Shown: positions 28,701-38,900, numbered from the stretch's first letter. The stretch: 64,000 nucleotides of DNA from Candidatus Poseidoniaceae archaeon (GCA_938084675.1 CALKGM010000014.1:2454-66453), one strand, 5' to 3'. Numbers and translations: made by a program. The notes: generated from the sequence alone by a model not told the origin.

Positions 28701-31552
28701 GTCAGGACATCAATCTCGTGGGTGAAATCCGTCTTCAAGACCTACCTTACTCCCCAGACCCTGCTGCTTACTTCCTCGTTCTAGAACTCAAGCATGTCAA
28801 CAATACGGATGGAAACATCACCACTGAATGGGAAGAAGTTGCTAACCGCTCAGGAACTATCGGTGGCGACTTCAATTGGAATATTGACCTTGGTTCAGCA
28901 GCTGGTAGCGAAACTTACCGTTTTGCTATCCGAGGATATGAAGGAGGAGATATTCTTTGCCCGCCTACCATGTACAATCCCGATGAGACATGCGCAATTC
29001 CATTCGACATCACCATTGATACTTATGAACCCAACTTGCTTGATATTGAAGTATTGAGCCCGGGAACAGACAACGATTGGCGTCTTTTGCTTGACGATAC
29101 ATGGGTTGTTCCTCAAGAATCCCAAGAGATTCGAATGAACAGCCAAGACTTGCCTAATCCACCAGCAACACTTGACCTGCATTACTGGGTTCAGCACGAC
29201 CATGACGCTAACAGCGACGGAATACCCGACGCATCGGAATATGCAACCATTACATTGCAAGGCGACGGGGAGGCTCCTACGGCTAACTACACCGGTGTCT
29301 TCAATGACTATGCTAACGTTGGGCAAGACCCTGAAGGGAAAGTTTCGCTTTGGATTGAAGGTTACGACCTAGCGGGCAACCCGATTGATGGTGGCGCTCC
29401 TGGATTTGAGAACGACAAGGTGACCTATGTTTCTATGTCTTCTGAAAGTCCAGTCATTCGCAACTTCTTCGTTGAAGATTCAATGGGAAGCAGTTTCCTC
29501 AACTCGGCTTCAATGCAATGGGAAGGAAAATGGAATCAAACCATGTATGCCGGAAATACCTACCATCTTCTGGTAGAAGCAAACGACGATAATGGATGGA
29601 GAGATATTGACTACTTCAAGGTCGTTCTTGACAAGACCCGTGACGATATGATCGTGTGGTACTTCCCACGTAACGATACAGCATGGACTGACAGCCCTTA
29701 CATCGAAATCGTCCAAGAAGACGACGATAGCGTGGGGCCATCTCTCCGCGCATTGGATGGAACAGCCCTCATCGATCCGTTCGAATCTGACTTCATTCTG
29801 GATATCCCTATCCGAATCGACTGGGGAGTTGTTGGTCTTACAGCAGAAAGTACGCCTGAATTATTTATGCAAGACTTGGATAACGCGCTCTACCGAATGC
29901 TTCCATCTCCTGGACGTTACATCCAGAAGTGGTATTACAGCGACGGAATAAGGCTCGATGTTCGTGACGATTCTGCGAATGACCTCATGATCACTCCATA
30001 TTTGGAAGACATGAGTGCCCCGTACACACAAGATGTCCGTCGTGGGTTCATTTATTCCGGTGATACCATCCACTTCTCCGGTCAATATGCATACCGTGAT
30101 GGAATATTCAACAGCGTATTCGTTAATCCCGAAGCAGAACTCACCATGGAAATTACCCGCTTAGAAACACTTGACACTCAAGAAAGCAGAGACAAAGGGT
30201 ATGTCTTCCAATCCAGTGAAACAACATATCATAATTTCTCTGGCGGGGTGTTTGCAATCAACATCACTGCACCAGTGTTTACCAACGAATATACCTACGA
30301 ATTCAAATTGGTCAATCTCCCAACAGGAGCCGAAGACTTCACTGCTGGTTTTTGTGAAGATAATCCGCTTTATGGATGCAGTACGTTCAATATCAAGGTA
30401 GACCGAACCGCACCTACAGTTCTCGCAAATTCATGGTTGGCTCAAAAAGGTGAAACGGGCGCTATTATCAGCGATGTATTGTCTACAGCGACCTTCCATT
30501 GTGTCGACCTTACAGTAACGGTTGCAGAACAGGAAGCAATGTTCTACGGAGACTTGATGGTCAATTGGAAATTCTATGACGACCCGCAAAACGATTTGGT
30601 TTGGGGCGAGTATGTCAAGGCCTTCGGGACTGCCGAACCAAAGAGTGTGGCTCTTGAATTGAAAACCACACCCGGCGGATATGTGGGTAGTTCAACCTGC
30701 CTTGATTTGTGGCCGCTGAGTGATGGACAATTTGACCCGCCTCAAAGCCAAATGGGTGGCGTTGAAATTGTTATGTGGGTTTCAGGTGTTGACTCTGCTG
30801 GCTCTGGTGTACGTCTCGGTGGTGGACCTCAAGACGATGGTTCAGTTTCACCGATTGTCTCCAGTATTGCTCAACACAAGTCGATGTATTCCTTCATTCA
30901 TGAAGAGGCTACATTTGAGATCTTGAATGTCCGCCTTGACGACAATCCAAGAGTCGGGGACAAGATGAACCTTGAGGTTGAAGTTCGTAACACGGGGACA
31001 ATGGCGGGTTCGACTCAACTTACAGTGAAGTCCGTTATGAACGGCTTGACTCCGGCATCTGAAGGGATCATTGAAGTGACTGAACTTGGAATTGGAGAGA
31101 AAGCTTGGTTCAAGATTGAACTGGAACCCTTCGGCGAACAAACAACCGGAATGTACTATGTTGTTTCTGTGAATGGAACAGGCGATGTGTTGTATGACGG
31201 TAATGATGCAAACGACGCATTCAATGTTAAGATTGCAGAAGATGATGACTCGTCTAATTTCCTCCTAATCGTTGGCCTCCTCGTCGTCGTTATTGGAGTT
31301 CTTGGCACCTTAGTCGTTGTTCTTGCTCGTAGAGGTGGCGGCGAATCCATGCTCGATGACGAATATGAAGACGACGATGAATACCTCGAAGAGGGAAGCG
31401 GCAAGGTTCTTGCAGAAATTCCAGCAGATGTTGACCCAACAATGGCTCAAGCAATGAAGGAGTTCCCTCAGTGGACACAATCCGAAATACAGGGTTACTT
31501 TGACCAGGGTTGGGACATTGCTGCTCTTCATGATTGGGTCAACAATCAGTGA
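25724..31552 (+). CDS. Giant secreted surface protein (~1940 aa) with C-terminal TM anchor and acidic cytoplasmic tail
   Basis: Signal-like IPFFLVFLMLLAPFAGASV after Met at 25724 (the track start 25664 is also possible). A MAM/choice-of-anchor-J-like block contains GWHIDNFRLGD. C-terminal TM FLLIVGLLVVVIGVLGTLVVVLARR is followed by the DDEYEDDDEYLEE tail. Confidence 0.6.
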   Translation: MPNETPRRSIPFFLVFLMLLAPFAGASVTTFADGSSEVDIEIRDGAPMTNIVDGAIDLPVGETVTAASMTISTEMIEHAAHSRIDLETSDRVWNPAHNNQLTEFSDETLFQYEDSSGDATPLSLKAEGFLTDFEGTFAGFLDLSNPPPGAEGWVHGAPSSTDVPANCASGNDCWGTNLGDNNYTDDNGELPFELYMNSPELYVNPTLKSKTATFSSWHNFEAYAGSATNSVRYADCGYLQIRSSPNPGFPPDDSGFQFLPIDAQNSTGIGFGQGYAQRAQYSWQLDNKIDTTCGGLSGQGANQKYGLAGSSTYAQNPTGWATIAVDLNDFIGDYVQIRFVMEHNGVQEAETPLDDNMSGWHIDNFRLGDVLPQNASMTVRGISPSVFGGENHPNGYGLLSIEASTSLTAQLSVDVLDANNRIINDTSGVPMVGLTGDIIELWDIDTSKYYSVNLRFNFDSGPDRLSTAVMHGFSMGTRVGTGFNASSTAFGSVADGIWSTPGGGMPMMYTPSLIQEGFSTSLDRSKFSYPITSVTPYIQDGCSESPEISIVPVGQSDAVNLTADVKTSFGAPILGFTSVVSYMGFCEVSGIWFDLEFGHHAEHLRIDVANDGDVDYGFTEPAFGMFGRQTNFILNKVNNINYAADDASMTLNVNGDAEGAFFMLPAGAEISSADVSFDDNTIRSNSNPDEGFALSLMAGSQSVGLGDMPNRSIIITEALPTPLGFKDALNSLLTNPSVAGNHQDEFGRYWVTFRFAVSSPNASSGTSLNVVGLDIVYNYSTTINTLDGFDIELNQGIALWTGGGANARVPIGVHSDTGGGVEFSGLSVSSSTGYSNTLSVTDNPAGLYPNGEIYEVITTHAVDPLTGTALSEAWVTFESPTDYIKLSWSDFMQFSEASDEHDLITLESTSSVSEYTNGKQVKWHFRVNSNWDDTEAVRMYAGLTTASNVNGLPDALLFDPSVGNAVENDAGITSFELQNSIGVAQSLTDAESGQDINLVGEIRLQDLPYSPDPAAYFLVLELKHVNNTDGNITTEWEEVANRSGTIGGDFNWNIDLGSAAGSETYRFAIRGYEGGDILCPPTMYNPDETCAIPFDITIDTYEPNLLDIEVLSPGTDNDWRLLLDDTWVVPQESQEIRMNSQDLPNPPATLDLHYWVQHDHDANSDGIPDASEYATITLQGDGEAPTANYTGVFNDYANVGQDPEGKVSLWIEGYDLAGNPIDGGAPGFENDKVTYVSMSSESPVIRNFFVEDSMGSSFLNSASMQWEGKWNQTMYAGNTYHLLVEANDDNGWRDIDYFKVVLDKTRDDMIVWYFPRNDTAWTDSPYIEIVQEDDDSVGPSLRALDGTALIDPFESDFILDIPIRIDWGVVGLTAESTPELFMQDLDNALYRMLPSPGRYIQKWYYSDGIRLDVRDDSANDLMITPYLEDMSAPYTQDVRRGFIYSGDTIHFSGQYAYRDGIFNSVFVNPEAELTMEITRLETLDTQESRDKGYVFQSSETTYHNFSGGVFAINITAPVFTNEYTYEFKLVNLPTGAEDFTAGFCEDNPLYGCSTFNIKVDRTAPTVLANSWLAQKGETGAIISDVLSTATFHCVDLTVTVAEQEAMFYGDLMVNWKFYDDPQNDLVWGEYVKAFGTAEPKSVALELKTTPGGYVGSSTCLDLWPLSDGQFDPPQSQMGGVEIVMWVSGVDSAGSGVRLGGGPQDDGSVSPIVSSIAQHKSMYSFIHEEATFEILNVRLDDNPRVGDKMNLEVEVRNTGTMAGSTQLTVKSVMNGLTPASEGIIEVTELGIGEKAWFKIELEPFGEQTTGMYYVVSVNGTGDVLYDGNDANDAFNVKIAEDDDSSNFLLIVGLLVVVIGVLGTLVVVLARRGGGESMLDDEYEDDDEYLEEGSGKVLAEIPADVDPTMAQAMKEFPQWTQSEIQGYFDQGWDIAALHDWVNNQ

Positions 31553-31560
31553 GGCATTAC

Positions 31561-32367
31561 ATGTCCTCCCAGCATACCTGGGCCGATGAGGTCTGGACGG
31601 ACCCCGATGGAGGGAAGGTTGTGATTCACGGAACACTTCCCACGGTGGTTTATCCCAATGCTATGCGTCCTCGGGGCGTATGGCATGGACTGGCGATTCT
31701 CGACGCTCCGGATGTTGTTGATTTGTGGGTTCAAGAGGAAAAAGACGAAGCAGAGTCGTACGGGATCAACATGACTTACGGTCTCATTTCTGGGGGCGCC
31801 TTCTCAAAGTATCTTGAAGGGATTGAATCTCTTGAAGACGTTCAAGGGGGAAGGTTTCCTGACCCCGAACCGAGACGATTACAACGGAATGCTGACCGTC
31901 ACAAGCGAGATGTATTTTTCATTGAACCTTTGGCGGATGATGAGGATTGGAGCGACTATCTCACCAATCAAGCAAAAGCGGTTTCTCATTGGCGGAAGTT
32001 ACTGGGTATGATCAGAAGCGGTAAACGGTGGAAGCGAGCGGTCAAGGAAAACCTCTTCTTGGCCCAACCACCTCCGAAAGGTCAACCCAACAATCTCTCT
32101 TCGGTTAGCGTTCTCGCATCTGCTTGGTGGGAATTGAACGAATGGCTGAGCACACCCGAACTAAACATGAGACGAGACGTCCGTTTTGCCAGTCGAATAC
32201 GGGGTGCTCTGGCCTCTCTTCGTGAAGTACATGGGGACGAAGCAGTTCTTCTTGTCGTTGCTCACATGCCTCAGCGTCCGATGATTCTTGAGGCCCTCAA
32301 CAACCTTCCTGAAATAGAGGAGATTTCATCAACAGTGACTCACAGCGAAGGTTCGGAGGAGGAGTGA
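31561..32367 (+). CDS. Hypothetical cytoplasmic protein
   Basis: ORF trimmed to MSSQHTWADE, which starts 9 nt after the upstream stop. No recognisable motif. Confidence 0.4.
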   Translation: MSSQHTWADEVWTDPDGGKVVIHGTLPTVVYPNAMRPRGVWHGLAILDAPDVVDLWVQEEKDEAESYGINMTYGLISGGAFSKYLEGIESLEDVQGGRFPDPEPRRLQRNADRHKRDVFFIEPLADDEDWSDYLTNQAKAVSHWRKLLGMIRSGKRWKRAVKENLFLAQPPPKGQPNNLSSVSVLASAWWELNEWLSTPELNMRRDVRFASRIRGALASLREVHGDEAVLLVVAHMPQRPMILEALNNLPEIEEISSTVTHSEGSEEE

Positions 32368-32368
32368 A

Positions 32369-32911
32369 ATGGCATCAGGTTCAGTTGACGTGCGCGTTGA
32401 AAATCAACTCGTTCGGTTCGTATGCCCTACTCCTATTGACCAAGAAAAGGTCGTCCAGATGGTTGGGGGTCAACGCAACAGCGGCGTGGTCATCAAAGTC
32501 CTGGACCGGCCTCGAGCAACGCTTGTTATTGACGAGGAAGGCAGAATCGTCGTTCATGGAACCCACCGTGTAGAGGCTGCGCGAGCTGCAGCGAAGGAAC
32601 TCTTGCTTCGCCTCGGCATGGATGATGCTGGCCTCATGGCTGAGTTGGGTCCAGTCGTTACTTCGTTCAAGTATGAGCAATCCGTCAACCTGCAAGCCAT
32701 CGCAGGTTCCTTCACATCAGGAACAACCGAATACGACGAGCGCCTTGGATGCACGATTCTTACTGATACACGACACAAACTCACGGTGCAAATATGGCCG
32801 AATGGGAAATGTATTGTCACGGATGCACGCCATCCTAACATGGTCGCTATGGCTGCTGTTTATTGGAAGAACCAGTTCACTGAACGTGGTTATTTCGTTG
32901 ACCAAATTTGA
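32369..32911 (+). CDS. Divergent TATA-binding-protein (TBP)-fold protein, two repeats
   Basis: Repeat 1 is VRVENQLVRFVCPTPIDQEKV...PRATLVIDEEGRIVVHGTHRVEAARAAAKELLLRLG. Repeat 2 is VVTSFKYEQSVNLQAIA...TEYDERLGCTIL...LTVQIWPNGKCIVTDARH. Both align in pattern to archaeal TBP repeats (IENIVAS...LDLEKV...ALLIFSSGKLVVTGAKS). A strong SD GGAGGAGGAG lies upstream. Confidence 0.5.
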   Translation: MASGSVDVRVENQLVRFVCPTPIDQEKVVQMVGGQRNSGVVIKVLDRPRATLVIDEEGRIVVHGTHRVEAARAAAKELLLRLGMDDAGLMAELGPVVTSFKYEQSVNLQAIAGSFTSGTTEYDERLGCTILTDTRHKLTVQIWPNGKCIVTDARHPNMVAMAAVYWKNQFTERGYFVDQI

Positions 32912-32914
32912 GGG

Positions 32915-33796
32915 ATGAGTATGACATATGACGGTCCAATTTTGGACAATCATTTTCACCTCAATCGCAAGGGTCGGTACTTGGATGCTGCGAGGGACTT
33001 TCAACGGGCAGGTGGGACCGACATCGTCCTTGTCCACTGCCCTGATTTTTCACAACCGCCCGAAACAAAAGAAGGCCATCGTACGGCTTATCAAGATACT
33101 ATTGGCATGGCCGCTAAAGTTCGGAGTGAAGTTGGACTAGGCGTTCGGGTGGTTCTTGGACCGCATCCTGCGGCCTTCGCTCACCAGTTTGAGAGGTGGG
33201 TCAGCGAAGACGAATCCTCTGGTGAAGAGAAGGCCATTACAAATTACCGTCATTCCATAGATGCTGCCTTGGAATTTATCGGAGAGGGTCAAGCCCATGC
33301 AATTGGAGAGGTAGGGAGGCCTCATTGGCCTGTTGATGAGCGGATTTTAGACTTGTCAAATCAACTCTTGGACGAAACAATGCATCTGGCTGCGCAACAA
33401 GGGTTGCCGCTTCAGTTGCATGTTGAAGGAGAAAGCGATGCGACCTACCCTGACCTCGCTCAACGCGCTCAAAAGCAAGGGATGGATCTCGTCAAACTTG
33501 TACGGCATTATGCTCCAGCAAACGTCGATGTCTCTGCGACTCACGGTTTGACGCCGAGTGTCCTTGTCGGAAAAGGGGCCGTGGAGGAATTAATGCTTTC
33601 ATATGAGGCGTCCAGCCACGGATTTTTCATCGAAACCGATTACATGGATGATTTACGAAGACCCGGAGCAGTTTTGGGTCCGAAAACAGTCCCAAAAAGA
33701 ACCCAACAACTCGCCGCTGCGGGTCTTCCAGAAGAAGTTCTTTGGAATACCCACCAGGATCTTGCGCAACGAGTCTATGGTGCTGAATTCCCTTGA
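32915..33796 (+). CDS. TatD-like metal-dependent hydrolase (amidohydrolase superfamily)
   Basis: N-terminal LDNHFHL (HxH), then AIGEVGRPHW and LQLHVEG blocks. Confidence 0.55.
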   Translation: MSMTYDGPILDNHFHLNRKGRYLDAARDFQRAGGTDIVLVHCPDFSQPPETKEGHRTAYQDTIGMAAKVRSEVGLGVRVVLGPHPAAFAHQFERWVSEDESSGEEKAITNYRHSIDAALEFIGEGQAHAIGEVGRPHWPVDERILDLSNQLLDETMHLAAQQGLPLQLHVEGESDATYPDLAQRAQKQGMDLVKLVRHYAPANVDVSATHGLTPSVLVGKGAVEELMLSYEASSHGFFIETDYMDDLRRPGAVLGPKTVPKRTQQLAAAGLPEEVLWNTHQDLAQRVYGAEFP

Positions 33797-33875
33797 CAAT
33801 GATTATACGGAAATCTGCAATGTTTCGGACTTTTGCTCCATCACATTCATCAAAGGGGGAGCCTACCCGTAACTG

Positions 33876-34985
33876 GTGTGCACCTTGTATTCGACACGAA
33901 AGTTAACGCTTTTTGCCGTTATTATGCTCGCCATGTCCTTGCCGTTAACCGCTTCTTCACAAGTCCCTACTGCCCCAGGTGTTGAGATTGATTGCGATGA
34001 AAAGAAGCCTAAGATCGATGTCCGTCCACCCAACAGTAACCCCGAAGTTCAAATTACTTGCACGTTGACAAATCCTTCATCATTTGAAGAGCAAATTAGT
34101 GTTGACAAAGAATGGGACGGCGTGGAAATTGAAATGACTCTTGAAGATGATTCATTCACTCTTGCCCCTGGAGATGAAGAGGACTTCACCGTCACCTTTT
34201 CTGGGCAAAGCAGGCTCGCAGCAGATTTATTGTACGATTTTACCCTCGTTGCTACTGTGACAAATGTTGCCAGTTTGGATTGGCCTGAAGCACTTGCTAG
34301 CAATGCTACGGTTGAAGGTGAACTGGGTATTGAAGTGTTTGGAATGGTGGACCTCAGTGTTGCTGACAAGAGTACTCGGACGCTGAGTTCTGCCGAAGAA
34401 ATACCTCTGACGTTCCAAGCACAAAATAACGGAAACAGCAACGATGATATCCGGATTGTCGTGGAGAATCAAGACGAACTCGAAGAGGCAGGATTCACAT
34501 TCCCTGGCGGAGCAACCCTTACGGTATCTGTCGACAAGGGTTCAACTTCTGATACACTCGAATTCACCCTTCGTTCACCCTCAAGTATTCCTGAAGATGT
34601 CCGTTATCAAATCACACTCCAGGCTTCAAGTGTAAACGATGCCGACGCAACTCTTAGTGAAACCACTCTCAGTATTCAACTTGAAGCCAACACTGGTGCG
34701 GGCAGTCTCGGTGGAGGCCTTGAAGAGTTAAGTAAAGACGACGCAGTCCTCTATGGTGGAATCGCTGCAGCAGGACTGTTTGGCATCATTCTCATTGTGG
34801 CGCTGAGTAAAGCACTCCGAAAGCGTGCGGACTCACAACCAATGTATGTCCCACCCGTTGAGGTTGATGACGAAGAAGAAACTGAAGCAGAATTTGACTT
34901 CGGGGATTTGGATGATGATCTTGATGATCTTGACGATATGATGGATGATGTTGATGATTTGGATGATGTCTTTGCAGACTTGTAA
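33876..34985 (+). CDS. Secreted surface protein with C-terminal TM anchor and poly-acidic tail
   Basis: GTG start, signal-like LTLFAVIMLAMSLPLTASS, TM GGIAAAGLFGIILIVALSKALRKR, and tail DDEEETEAEFDFGDLDDDLDDLDDMMDDVDDLDDVFADL. Confidence 0.5.
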   Translation: MCTLYSTRKLTLFAVIMLAMSLPLTASSQVPTAPGVEIDCDEKKPKIDVRPPNSNPEVQITCTLTNPSSFEEQISVDKEWDGVEIEMTLEDDSFTLAPGDEEDFTVTFSGQSRLAADLLYDFTLVATVTNVASLDWPEALASNATVEGELGIEVFGMVDLSVADKSTRTLSSAEEIPLTFQAQNNGNSNDDIRIVVENQDELEEAGFTFPGGATLTVSVDKGSTSDTLEFTLRSPSSIPEDVRYQITLQASSVNDADATLSETTLSIQLEANTGAGSLGGGLEELSKDDAVLYGGIAAAGLFGIILIVALSKALRKRADSQPMYVPPVEVDDEEETEAEFDFGDLDDDLDDLDDMMDDVDDLDDVFADL

Positions 34986-35068
34986 TTCTAACATCACTTT
35001 CGGCTAAATCACTAAGGTGGTCAACTGGCGCTCTAAGGGCCGTTTTCAAAGGCAACACTCAAAGGCTT

Positions 35069-35086
35069 GGTGTAGCGCACTACACC
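35069..35086 (+). promoter_or_regulatory. Perfect 7-bp hairpin/palindrome GGTGTAG-cgca-CTACACC upstream of fabI
   Basis: Ends 22 nt before the fabI ATG and just upstream of the GGAG ribosome-binding site. Confidence 0.25.
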
Positions 35087-35107
35087 TATTGGTCACGGAG
35101 TGTTTTC

Positions 35108-35899
35108 ATGCTGAGTTTAGAAGGGAAAACAGCGTTTGTCTTCGGCGTAGCTAGCGAAGACTCCATCGCTTGGGCTATTTGTCAACAACTTGCAGCAGCA
35201 GGAGTGACCCTCTACCTGGGTTATCAGAAGCGATTCATGAGCCGCGTGTTCCAATTGAAGGACCAACTTCCATCAATCGGAGGATTCTATCCTCTTGATG
35301 TTGCATCAGATGCGACCACACAGGAATTCTTCGATGCCTTCGCTCAAGACCATCCTGGCAAGAAAGCAGACATTCTCATCCACGCCATTGGATTTGCCCC
35401 AAGAGCATGCTTCGACCGCCCGATTCTCTTTGTTGAAGGAGAGGACATCAATACGGCAATGACTATTTCTGCAAATTCGTTACAGCGATGTTTGAAACAC
35501 GCCCTACCTTACTTGAATCCGGGTTCATCCACGGTAACGTTGACGTATGCAGCCGCAAACCGATATGTCCCAAATTACGGTATCATGTCCATGGCTAAGG
35601 CTGCTTTGGAATGCTGGACGCGTGAACTTGCATGCCATCTCGGCCCTGAAGGTCACCGAGTGAACGCCATTTCATCTGGGCCTATACGGACCATTGCAGC
35701 GGGGGGCATACCCGGATTTGACCGAATCTTAGACCATGTTGAGGCCAATGCCCCTCTCCGGAGAAACGTCAGTCAACAGGATGTCGCTGGTGCAACACTT
35801 TGGCTCTCCAGTCCACTTTCTTCTGGAGTTACGGGCCAGTGCATTTACGTTGATGCGGGCTACTCAATTACGATGGTGCCGGAAAGTATCATGAATTAA
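35108..35899 (+). CDS. fabI: Enoyl-[acyl-carrier-protein] reductase, FabI type
   Basis: LEGKTAFVFGVASEDSIAWAI, YxxxxxK region (MSMAKAALE) and RVNAISSGPIRT are the FabI-subfamily SDR pattern. Its stop lies 1 nt before the megasynthase start. Confidence 0.8.
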   Translation: MLSLEGKTAFVFGVASEDSIAWAICQQLAAAGVTLYLGYQKRFMSRVFQLKDQLPSIGGFYPLDVASDATTQEFFDAFAQDHPGKKADILIHAIGFAPRACFDRPILFVEGEDINTAMTISANSLQRCLKHALPYLNPGSSTVTLTYAAANRYVPNYGIMSMAKAALECWTRELACHLGPEGHRVNAISSGPIRTIAAGGIPGFDRILDHVEANAPLRRNVSQQDVAGATLWLSSPLSSGVTGQCIYVDAGYSITMVPESIMN

Positions 35900-35900
35900 G

Positions 35901-38900
35901 GTGAATAACATGACGATTACCACTCAAGACGGCAAGGCATGCGAGGGTCTCGAACAGGGCCCCTTTGAACCGATTGCGGTCGTGGGCGTGGGCGCTCTGA
36001 TGCCTGATGCCCCGGATATTGACGCCTTTTGGCAGAACATCATTGAGAAAAAAATCAGTATTGCGCCCCTGCCTGAAGGGAGGTGGCCAGGGCCCGTCAA
36101 TCACTTTTGGAAAGAAGGAGGTCCTGGGCAACACACCGAGGGATTCACCTACTCAAAAATCGGTGCTCTCGTCAAAGGTGATGAGTTTGATTGGCGCAGA
36201 TGGCGTCAACCTCCTGGGACGCTCCCTCAGATTGACCCCTGTCAACTATGGGCGGTCACAGTTGCGGCCGACGCAATAGAGCACGCAGGTTACGGTGCTG
36301 AGACAAAAGACATCGACCGCTCCAAAACTGGAGTTGTTTTCGCGAATGCATTGGGTGGAGAAAACCGAAATCTCTCCAACATACGTGTTTGGTCAAACCA
36401 CACGAAAGAAACCGCTATTTCTCACGGGATGCCTTCAGGGAATGCTGAATCCTTTGTAGCGAACATCAACGAAGGAACTCCGCGTGTTGACGAAGACACC
36501 ATGCCTGGCGAACTCGCAAACGTTGTTTCGGGTCGCGTTGCAAATCTCCTTGACTTGCAAGGGCCGAATCATGCCATGGATGCGGCATGCGCATCATCAA
36601 TGGCTGCTGTTTTGGATGCATGCAGATTGCTCCAAACCCGCCAAGTCGACGTGATGCTAGCCGGAGCAACAGACCGGACGATGGATCCAGCCACCTTCGC
36701 TAAATTCTCAGCCATCGGGGCGCTCTCTCCAACCCATTCATCTCCGTTTGATGCTCGTGCGAATGGATTTGTGATGGGAGAGGGTGCAGGCGTATTGGTC
36801 CTCAAGCGGTTGAACGATGCAATCGAGTCCGGCGATGAAATTTACAGTGTCATCAGAGGTATCGGCGGTTCTTCTGACGGACGCGGTAAAGGCATCACGG
36901 CACCAAGTCAAAGGGGGCAGATACAAGCTATCGCTCGGGCTTACAATCAAGCAGGTTATCCCGCATCTTCTGTAGAATTGGTCGAGGCTCATGGAACTTC
37001 AACAAAGGTTGGAGATGCAACAGAATTGTCAACACTATCTCGCCTTTGGACGGGTCTTGGTGGGACTGGGAAGGTAGCAGTTGGTTCAATTAAATCTCAA
37101 ATTGGCCACCTTAAGGCTGCGGCTGGAATTGCAGGAATCATGAAAACGGTCATGGCGTTGCATCACCGCACCATACCTCCAAGTGCAAATTTTGAAACTC
37201 CCAATCCTACAGTTGATTGGTCCAACATACCGTTTTTCGTACCGACCGAGGCGCTTGAGTGGCCTAGGCCAAGCGATAATCCCCGACGTGCTGGAGTTTC
37301 CGCATTCGGGTTTGGAGGGACCAACTTCCACATCGCTCTTGAGGGATACGAACCTGATGTGCATCGCCCTCTTGCTTCAGAATGGGAGATGCGCTGGAGC
37401 GCTTATTCTCGTTCTGCACCAAAGACTATGGCGGCTTCAATCCTTGATGTCAACGCCACCCCGTCAATGAATCATGAAGCGTTGAAATCCATCGAAGGGG
37501 GTCTCCTCCTTCTTTCTTCAGCCAGTGTCGGAGGATTGAAGGATGCTCTTGCGGCCTTAGAATTTACAGGCGCACGGTTTGATGAAGATCCCCGAGGACG
37601 CAGACTGTCAGAAGCCCTTCAAACGGCGAGCCAATCCTATGATGCAAAGGCCGATGCTAGAATGGCCCTTATCGCTACATCTTGGGCCGAATTTGACAAG
37701 AGGGTAGGCTTGGCTCTCAAGGCGATGGATGATTCTGAAAAGTGGGGATTCCTTCAATCACAAGGCGTTCTTATCAGTTCTGAACCTTCATTGCCTGCTG
37801 AAGCAAAGGTTGCTCACATGTATCCCGGTCAAGGAAGCCAATATGTTGGGATGACCAACGACCTCGTCAAACGCTTTTCACCTGCTGCCTCGGTTTGGGA
37901 ACAAGCCGACATAACGATGGTTGATGTGTTGGACGGAGAGTCACTCTCCAGTTTCGTTTTGAGAGATTCGTTAAGCGCTGAAGAACGAACAGAGGCTGAG
38001 CATAAACTGAAGCAAACAGAGTATACTCAACCCGCCATGCTTACTGCTGACCTCGCCATTGAACGCACTCTGAATGCGTTCGGACATCACCCTGACATGG
38101 TCGCTGGCCATTCCCTTGGAGAATATGCGGCCTTGATGTCTTCGGGAATCTTGGACATGGACGGGGCGCTCCGAGCTGCTGCTGCCCGCGGCACAGAAAT
38201 GGGCTCGGTTGAAATTGACGACAAAGGGCTCATGGCAAGCGTAACAGCTCCCTATGAAGAGGTTGCAGCAATTTTGGAATCGACAGAAGGTTACGTCATC
38301 GCAGCCAACAAAAACTCGCCTAAAATGACCGTAATTGCGGGAGAAACAGAACCCGTTCGGGCAGCTATGGCTGCTTTTGAATCCAAGGGATTCAACAGTG
38401 TTGAACTCGCAACATCTCACGCCTTCCACTCTCGCATTGTCGCTCCTGCAAACGAGCCATTGCGTCGGTTCTTAGAGGGGCTAGAAATTCGCTGGCCTAG
38501 CATTCCAATTACGGCAAATGTGGACGGGAGTTTCTATCCGATGGACGGAGCAGACTCGAAGGCTGGAATTTTGAACCAACTTGCTCCTCAAATGGCCTCT
38601 GCTGTTGAATGGACCAAGCAAATTGAAACCATGTACGATGCAGGAGGGCGTGTTTTCCTTGAAGTTGGGCCAAAACGTGCTCTGACGATGTTTGCCATGC
38701 AAATTCTAGAGGGCCGCCCACACGTACCCATCATGTCCAATCACCCTAAACAAGGTGGTATTGCGACATTCCTGACGGCGTTGGGGGCGCTTGCGCTCGC
38801 CGGCCGTCCACCTCAATGGCCGGATTCCAATTCAGAAGTCTTGAGTGAAGCCTTCAGGGCTGGGCCTATTGAAGCTCACCAGGAACAGGTAACGGCGACG

